DNA of 64,000 nt from an uncultured Oscillospiraceae bacterium (GTDB lineage: Bacteria > Bacillota > Clostridia > Oscillospirales > Oscillospiraceae). The notes below the pieces were generated by a model that worked only from the letters and a program-made list of their open reading frames with translations, was not told where the DNA came from and did no database searches. Shown here one piece after another: positions 58,471 through 64,000 of the stretch. Each line of letters opens with the position of its first letter. Position 1 is the first letter of the stretch. The DNA is taken from assembly GCA_958426425.1 (NCBI GenBank), contig CATZYY010000002.1, forward strand, positions 920-64,919. The letters run 5' to 3'. A program made the translations under genes and the position numbers.

Positions 58471-59817
58471 ATGCGGACAATTCGCATCGGCTCCGGCGCA
58501 GGCTTCAGCAATGATCGGGTGGAACCCGGAATTGAGCTGCTTGAGAAGGGACATCTGGACTATTTCTGCCTGGAGTGTTTGGCAGAGCGGACCATCGCCA
58601 TTGCGCAAAAGGAGAAAAATCTCGACCCCAATATTGGATATAACCCCTATCTATCCTATCGGATGAAAAAGATTCTGCCCATCGCCGCGAAAAATCACGT
58701 GAAGGTCATCACCAACATGGGCGGCGCCAATGTGCAGAAAGCTGTTGAAAAAACCGCAGAAATCGCGAAAAACGCTGGAATTTCCGGTTTGAAGATCATC
58801 GGTGTGTTGGGCGACGACATTTTTGACCGTCTGGATCGATATGCGGACTACCCCATCTTTGAAACCGGCGAGCGGCTGGGCGATCTGAAGAACAAGGTGG
58901 CTGCCAACGCCTATTTGGGCTGCGCGGGCATTGTGCAGGCCCTCAAGGACGGCGCCGACATCGTTATCACAGGCCGCTGTTCCGATCCTGCACTGTTCCT
59001 GGCTCCGCTGGTCTATGAGTTCAACTGGCCCATGGACAACTACGATCTGATGGGCAAGGGAACCGTAGTGGGCCATCTGCTGGAGTGCTCCGGGCAGGTC
59101 AGCGGCGGTAATTTCTGTGTGCCCGGCTACAAGGATGTGGACGATCTGTGGAACCTGGGCTTCCCCTACGCGGATGTCAGCGAGGACGGCACCATTGAGA
59201 TCTCCAAGCTGGAAGGGACCGGCGGCCGCGTGGATGTGCAAACTTGCTCCGAGCAGCTGATCTATGAAATTCACGATCCCTCCAGTTATTATACCCCCGA
59301 CTGCGTGGCGGACTTTTCCAACGTCTCCTTTGAGCAGGTTGGAAAAGACCGTGTCCGAGTGACAGGCGCTACCGGCCGCCCACGGACCGACACGCTGAAG
59401 GTAAGCGTGGGTTACAAAGACGGCTACATCGGCAGCTGCGGCCTGAGCTTCGGCGGTCCCAAGTGCTTTGAGCGGACGGTGCTGGCTGTTCAGACCATGG
59501 AAAAAATCATTGAGACCTATTACCATCCCGCCGAACACCGGGTGGATATCATCGGCTACAATTCCCTGTATCCCCGTGACCTGTCCGAGGGCTTCCCCGG
59601 CGGAGCAGAGCCGCTGGAACTGCGGATGCGAGTGGCCGTACGCGACGCTGACAAAGAGATGCTCACCATGATTTTCAACGAGGTGGACGCCTTCACTATC
59701 GACGGCCCCGCCAACTGCGGCGGTATGGAGCGGCATATTACGGAGCTGGTTGCCGTGCTGTCTGTCCTGGTCCCCCGCGAGGACATTGAGATCTCTTATG
59801 TGGAGGAGGTTTTGTAA
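58471..59817 (+). CDS. AtuA / DUF1446 family protein
   Basis: IRIGSGAGF..DR, ECLAERT, ANAYLG, DIVITGR.SD, GHLLECSGQ.SGG, EQL.YE.HDP. Confidence 0.88.
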   Translation: MRTIRIGSGAGFSNDRVEPGIELLEKGHLDYFCLECLAERTIAIAQKEKNLDPNIGYNPYLSYRMKKILPIAAKNHVKVITNMGGANVQKAVEKTAEIAKNAGISGLKIIGVLGDDIFDRLDRYADYPIFETGERLGDLKNKVAANAYLGCAGIVQALKDGADIVITGRCSDPALFLAPLVYEFNWPMDNYDLMGKGTVVGHLLECSGQVSGGNFCVPGYKDVDDLWNLGFPYADVSEDGTIEISKLEGTGGRVDVQTCSEQLIYEIHDPSSYYTPDCVADFSNVSFEQVGKDRVRVTGATGRPRTDTLKVSVGYKDGYIGSCGLSFGGPKCFERTVLAVQTMEKIIETYYHPAEHRVDIIGYNSLYPRDLSEGFPGGAEPLELRMRVAVRDADKEMLTMIFNEVDAFTIDGPANCGGMERHITELVAVLSVLVPREDIEISYVEEVL

Positions 59818-59818
59818 G

Positions 59819-60127
59819 ATGAAGCTGCTGGAAATCGCACACTCCCGTACTGGTGACAAGGGGGATATCTCCAATATCTCCGTCATCGCCTACGATATGA
59901 AGGATTACGACCTGCTTAAGGAAAAAGTCACGGAGGAGCTGGTGGCCAAGGTCTTTTCCGGTTACTGCCACGGAACGGTCACTCGGTACGAGCTGCCCAA
60001 GATCGGCGCGCTGAATTTCGTTTTGACCAAAACTCTGGGCGGCGGCGTGACCCGCAGTCTGCGGCTGGATACCCACGGAAAGTGCCTTTGCTCCTACCTG
60101 CTGGATGTGGAGCTGGATAACGTGTGA
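59819..60127 (+). CDS. AtuA C-terminal-like small protein
   Basis: AHSRTGDKGD, V.RYELP, ALNF, GGGV..SLR.D.HGK. Confidence 0.85.
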   Translation: MKLLEIAHSRTGDKGDISNISVIAYDMKDYDLLKEKVTEELVAKVFSGYCHGTVTRYELPKIGALNFVLTKTLGGGVTRSLRLDTHGKCLCSYLLDVELDNV

Positions 60128-60141
60128 ATGGAGGGCCAACT

Positions 60142-60915
60142 ATGAGCAAACCGACCTATACCATCAAACCGCTGTACCTGGGCGAGATGACCAAGTACGA
60201 AAAGTCCATGCATACCTTCACCTTTGATTATGGTGTAAAAATGCACTCACCGTACCTTGCCTTCCTGGTACAGGGCGATGGGAAGAACATCCTGGTGGAC
60301 ACCGGCCCCAAGAATCTGGAGGTCATCAAGAAATACCACAGCCATGTAGAGGCCGATGTGCCCCCCGAGGTGCACCTGCTCAAGGTGCTGGAAAAGCACG
60401 GTCTGAAGCCGGAGGATATCGACTTCATCATCTGCACCCACCTGCACTGGGATCACTGCCAGAACAACGACTGCTTCCCCAGCAAGAAGGTTTACACCCA
60501 GAAGAGGGAGGTTCTCTACGCCATTAACCCCGTGGAACTCCACTGGTACACCTATGAGTCTCCCCAGTGCGGTCTGACCCCTGTCTGGGCCTCTGCCGGT
60601 ACCAAGCTGGTGGTTCTGGATGGCGATGAGGAAATCGTTCCCGGCATTGAGGTATTCCTGACACCTGGACATACTCCCGGCTCTCAGTGCGTGCGTGTCA
60701 ATACCGAGGACGGCTATTATCTCATTGCCGGTGACACCGTGAATATCTATGAAAACTGGGAGGGCAACGCCAAGTACCGCCACGTGCCTGCCGGTATCCA
60801 TGTAGATCTGGTGGAGTACGAGGAGACCTTCAAGAAGATGGACAAGATCGACTTTAAGGTAATCCTTCCCGGCCATGACATGAAGGTGCTGGAACACAGC
60901 GTATACCCTTATTAA
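60142..60915 (+). CDS. N-acyl-homoserine-lactonase-like metallo-beta-lactamase
   Basis: ILVDTG, THLHWDH, TPGHTPG, AGD, PGHD. Confidence 0.88.
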   Translation: MSKPTYTIKPLYLGEMTKYEKSMHTFTFDYGVKMHSPYLAFLVQGDGKNILVDTGPKNLEVIKKYHSHVEADVPPEVHLLKVLEKHGLKPEDIDFIICTHLHWDHCQNNDCFPSKKVYTQKREVLYAINPVELHWYTYESPQCGLTPVWASAGTKLVVLDGDEEIVPGIEVFLTPGHTPGSQCVRVNTEDGYYLIAGDTVNIYENWEGNAKYRHVPAGIHVDLVEYEETFKKMDKIDFKVILPGHDMKVLEHSVYPY

Positions 60916-60928
60916 AGGAGGGGCTCTC

Positions 60929-61729
60929 ATGTCTGTGACCTATCAAATCTACCCCATCTATCTGGGTGAGATCCCCGTACACGATAAATCCAGCTTTACT
61001 TACATGGTGGACCCCGGCGTTAAAATGACCTGTCCCTTTATCTCCTTTTTGCTGCTGGGCAGTAATGGAAGAAAAATTCTGGTGGACACGGGCCCCTGCG
61101 ACGCTGAGTGGGGTGCCAAATATCATATGCCCCTGAACATTCCGGAGGGCTGCGAAATTGTTGAGGTTCTGAAGCGGGACTTTGGCCTTGCACCGGAGGA
61201 TCTGGATTATCTCATCAACACCCACCTCCATTGGGATCACAGCTGCGGGAACCACAAGTTCCCCGGCAAAAAGATCTACGTGCAGGCGTCAGAACTGGAA
61301 TATGCGCTGGACCCGCTGCCCATCCACCGCGCCACCTACGAGTCTCCCCAGTACGGCGTGGTATCCAGCTGGGTACGAACAAAGGATCAGCTGGTCACGG
61401 TGGATGGCGATACGGAGATCGACGACGGTATCCGCCTGATTCTGCTGCCCGGCCATTCCGACGGTATCCAGGGCGTCCTGGTCCGTACGGAGGATGGACC
61501 GTATCTGCTGGCAGGCGACTGCATCAACCTCTACCAAAACTGGGAGGGCAACGGAAAGCTGCGGCACATTATCGGCGGGCTGCACTCCGATGTGAAGGCA
61601 TACTTCAAAACTTACGAGAAAATCGAGGCATTGGAACAAGCCGAGCACATTAAGATCATCCCCGGTCATGATGTGCATGTACTGGATCACAAAGTATATC
61701 CTGTATCAATCGAGGAGGCTGCTGAATGA
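60929..61729 (+). CDS. N-acyl-homoserine-lactonase-like metallo-beta-lactamase (paralog)
   Basis: ILVDTG, THLHWDH, LPGHS.G, AGD, PGHD. Confidence 0.88.
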   Translation: MSVTYQIYPIYLGEIPVHDKSSFTYMVDPGVKMTCPFISFLLLGSNGRKILVDTGPCDAEWGAKYHMPLNIPEGCEIVEVLKRDFGLAPEDLDYLINTHLHWDHSCGNHKFPGKKIYVQASELEYALDPLPIHRATYESPQYGVVSSWVRTKDQLVTVDGDTEIDDGIRLILLPGHSDGIQGVLVRTEDGPYLLAGDCINLYQNWEGNGKLRHIIGGLHSDVKAYFKTYEKIEALEQAEHIKIIPGHDVHVLDHKVYPVSIEEAAE

Positions 61730-63024
61730 ACATACTGTTTTTGTTATTGGCCATTGCGCTGTTTATTGCGCTGGTTTTAAAAAATGTTCCCATCGTCATC
61801 GCCACCATTTTGTCCTCCATCTTTCTGCTGCTGACCCAGCGGATGGGCCTGTATGAAGGCATCACTGTCACCTATATGACAGGCTTCGGAAATTACGTAC
61901 GGGATTTCTTCCTGCTGTTTATGCTGGGCGCGCTCTTTGGAAAACTGGTGGAAATCAGCGGCGCCGCCAACAGCATCTCCACCTTTATTTTCCGGGCCTT
62001 CGGCGACCGCTTCGCGATTATCGGCCTGATCATCATGGGCATCATCCTGACTCTGGGCGGCGTGAACCTGTTCGTGGCCATGTTTACCATGTATCCTCTG
62101 GCCATGGCTATGTTCCGTAAGGCGGACATCCCCCGCAAATTCTTTGCTGCGGCCTATTTTGTGGGATGCGTTGGTGTAACCATGACAGCCCCCTTTACCC
62201 CCTCCATCCAAAACGCCACTCCCACCGTGTATCTGGGCACCACTGTGGCAGCGGCCGCTATCCCCGGTATGATTTCCACCATTTTAAAGCTGACCCTCTG
62301 CACGGCCTATGTCATGTGGGTGGTCAAGCGGGCCAAGAATCGGGGCGAGCACTTCGAGGAGCTGGAGGGTGAGAACACCGCGGCGGAAGTGGCGAGAGAG
62401 ACTGACGGTCCCTCCGTGCTGGCCTCTGTCCTGCCCATGCTGGTCATCCTTGTGGTCTTGAACGTAGCCAAGCAGCCCATCGTCACCTCCTTGCTGGCCG
62501 GCGTTGTGGCAGCATTCGTATTTTACTTCAAGCATATGCCCCACAGCCTCAAAGGTATCAGCGCGGAGGTGCAGGACAGCGTGTTCGCCGGTCTGAAGAC
62601 CATCTCCATTACTGCCGCCGCCGCAGGTTACGGCGCCGTTGTGGCCGCCACCCCCGCTTTCCAGGAAATCACAGACTTTGTCCTTAATCTGGACGGCAAC
62701 CCCCTGCTGATTGCCGGTATTGCCACCATGCTGATGGCGGGCGTCATGAACTCCTCCTCCGGCAGTATGGCCATTGTCTGCCCCATTTTGGGCGAGCGGT
62801 TCCTGGCCATGGGCGTTAATGCCGAGGCGCTGCACCGGGTAATCGTGGTAGCTTCCAGTACCCTGGACTCTACGCCTCAGAGCGGCTTCGTGTGCAACAT
62901 TCTCAACCACAGCCACACCACCCACCGGCAGGGCTACTGGCACGTCTGCGTGGTGTCAGTTATCGCGCCCACTGTTGAGACACTGCTGCTGATCCCGCTG
63001 TGCGCCCTGTTTGGCCTGGCATAA
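61726..63024 (+). CDS. GntP-like (IT superfamily) organic acid permease
   Basis: LGALFGKL.E.SGAA, LTLGGV..FV, PSIQN, LHR, LDS.P.SG. Confidence 0.82.
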   Translation: MNILFLLLAIALFIALVLKNVPIVIATILSSIFLLLTQRMGLYEGITVTYMTGFGNYVRDFFLLFMLGALFGKLVEISGAANSISTFIFRAFGDRFAIIGLIIMGIILTLGGVNLFVAMFTMYPLAMAMFRKADIPRKFFAAAYFVGCVGVTMTAPFTPSIQNATPTVYLGTTVAAAAIPGMISTILKLTLCTAYVMWVVKRAKNRGEHFEELEGENTAAEVARETDGPSVLASVLPMLVILVVLNVAKQPIVTSLLAGVVAAFVFYFKHMPHSLKGISAEVQDSVFAGLKTISITAAAAGYGAVVAATPAFQEITDFVLNLDGNPLLIAGIATMLMAGVMNSSSGSMAIVCPILGERFLAMGVNAEALHRVIVVASSTLDSTPQSGFVCNILNHSHTTHRQGYWHVCVVSVIAPTVETLLLIPLCALFGLA

Positions 63025-63030
63025 TAAAAA

Positions 63031-63059
63031 ATTGCGGCCTGGAATATCCAGGCCGCAAT
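63031..63059. other. Intergenic hairpin
   Basis: attgcggcctgga-ata-tccaggccgcaat. Confidence 0.55.
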
Positions 63060-63085
63060 CTATCATATCACAAGAGGTGACATAT

Positions 63086-64000
63086 ATGAAAAGAGAAATC
63101 GTTGGTGTCTACGGCACAGGCACCATTGGCTCGGGGCAGGCTACCCTGACCACCGGAAATGGATATGCGACTGTGATAGTCGGTCATTCCGATAACGGAA
63201 TCGACCGATGCAGACGGGCCATTGAACACAATTGGGACGATCTCATTGCTGAGGGGATGGCATCTGAAGAAAATAAGGCGGCAGCAATGAGTTTGCTGAC
63301 CTTTTCCAAGGATCCAGAGGCGCTGAAAAACTGCACCTTTGTGCTGGAAGCCGTATCGGAAAGCCCTGCCGTCAAACAGGATGTCTACGCTAAGGTCGCC
63401 TCCTGTTGTGGAAAGGATACCATTTTGGCGTCGTGCACATCCTCCATGGACGCGGACCAACTGGCCGCTTACCTGCCTGACCCCAGCCGGTTCCTGATCG
63501 CTCATCCATTCCAGCCGGTTCACCTTCAGCCGCTGGTGGAACTGGTAGGTTGTTCAGCCACCAGCCCACAAGTACTCAAGCGGGCCAAAGATCTGATGGA
63601 CTCTCTCCATCGGCAGACTGTGATTCTCAAGCGCAGCATTCCCGGATTCATTGTCAACCGGCTGGCCCAGGCTCTGTACCGGGAATGCATTGACATGATT
63701 GAGCAGGGAGTCACGGAGCCCGCCGACATCGACCGGGCGGTTCGTTATGCCGTGGGAATGCGCTATGCCTCCATTGGTCTGATGGAATACTTCGATGCGG
63801 TCGGGTATGAATTGGAGGCGGCCATAGCAGGAAATATCTATCCCACATTGTGCAATACGAAAGATTTGCAACAACTTGTAACAGGTGGAATTGTCTCCGG
63901 AAAAACCGGTCAAAAGGCCGGACAGGGTCTGTATACCTGGACCGCTCCCGACCTAGAAGATTTCCGAGACCGCCTGCAACGCCCATTTTTTGCGCTGGTA
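63086..64000 (+). CDS. 3-hydroxyacyl-CoA dehydrogenase family protein (3' truncated; absent from ORF track)
   Basis: Own translation: MKREIVGVYGTGTIGSG, EAVSE...VKQ, ASCTSS, AHPFQP.HL.PLVE, PGFIVNRL, DIDRAV. Confidence 0.9.
   Translation, partial: MKREIVGVYGTGTIGSGQATLTTGNGYATVIVGHSDNGIDRCRRAIEHNWDDLIAEGMASEENKAAAMSLLTFSKDPEALKNCTFVLEAVSESPAVKQDVYAKVASCCGKDTILASCTSSMDADQLAAYLPDPSRFLIAHPFQPVHLQPLVELVGCSATSPQVLKRAKDLMDSLHRQTVILKRSIPGFIVNRLAQALYRECIDMIEQGVTEPADIDRAVRYAVGMRYASIGLMEYFDAVGYELEAAIAGNIYPTLCNTKDLQQLVTGGIVSGKTGQKAGQGLYTWTAPDLEDFRDRLQRPFFALV

Noticed and set aside
1..64000. CRISPR array, tRNA/rRNA, IS element or prophage
   Set aside because: No regularly spaced repeats, RNA-gene signatures, transposase, integrase or phage structural genes seen

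Overview
GC-rich chromosomal segment of a spore-forming clostridium. spoIIR, sigma-F/G-type promoters and the Prp-processed L27 suggest Oscillospiraceae-like Firmicutes; this is inference. The first 13 kb is mostly housekeeping: modABC-mog, Rrf2, malic enzyme, rplU-prp-rpmA, spoIIR, ispE, thrH. The rest is a string of accessory modules: (1) a kinase-TM-LRR receptor-like Ser/Thr kinase cluster; (2) a PucR-linked PhlG/phloretin-hydrolase-like catabolic cluster; (3) a CHASE-domain two-component system with a BMP-type ABC importer; (4) an orphan 910-aa PI3/PI4-kinase-like protein with internal repeats; (5) a purine-base catabolic operon (BMP ABC, xanthine dehydrogenase-like, two deaminases); (6) an AgrAC-like pair facing a small Cys-rich protein and a GGDEF protein; (7) an NhaC-aminotransferase-gamma-resorcylate-decarboxylase-like operon; (8) a PucR-linked AtuA / twin-lactonase / permease / dehydrogenase operon running off the end. 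I saw no rRNA, tRNA, CRISPR array, transposase or integrase. All family calls come from motif recognition by eye, not database searches.
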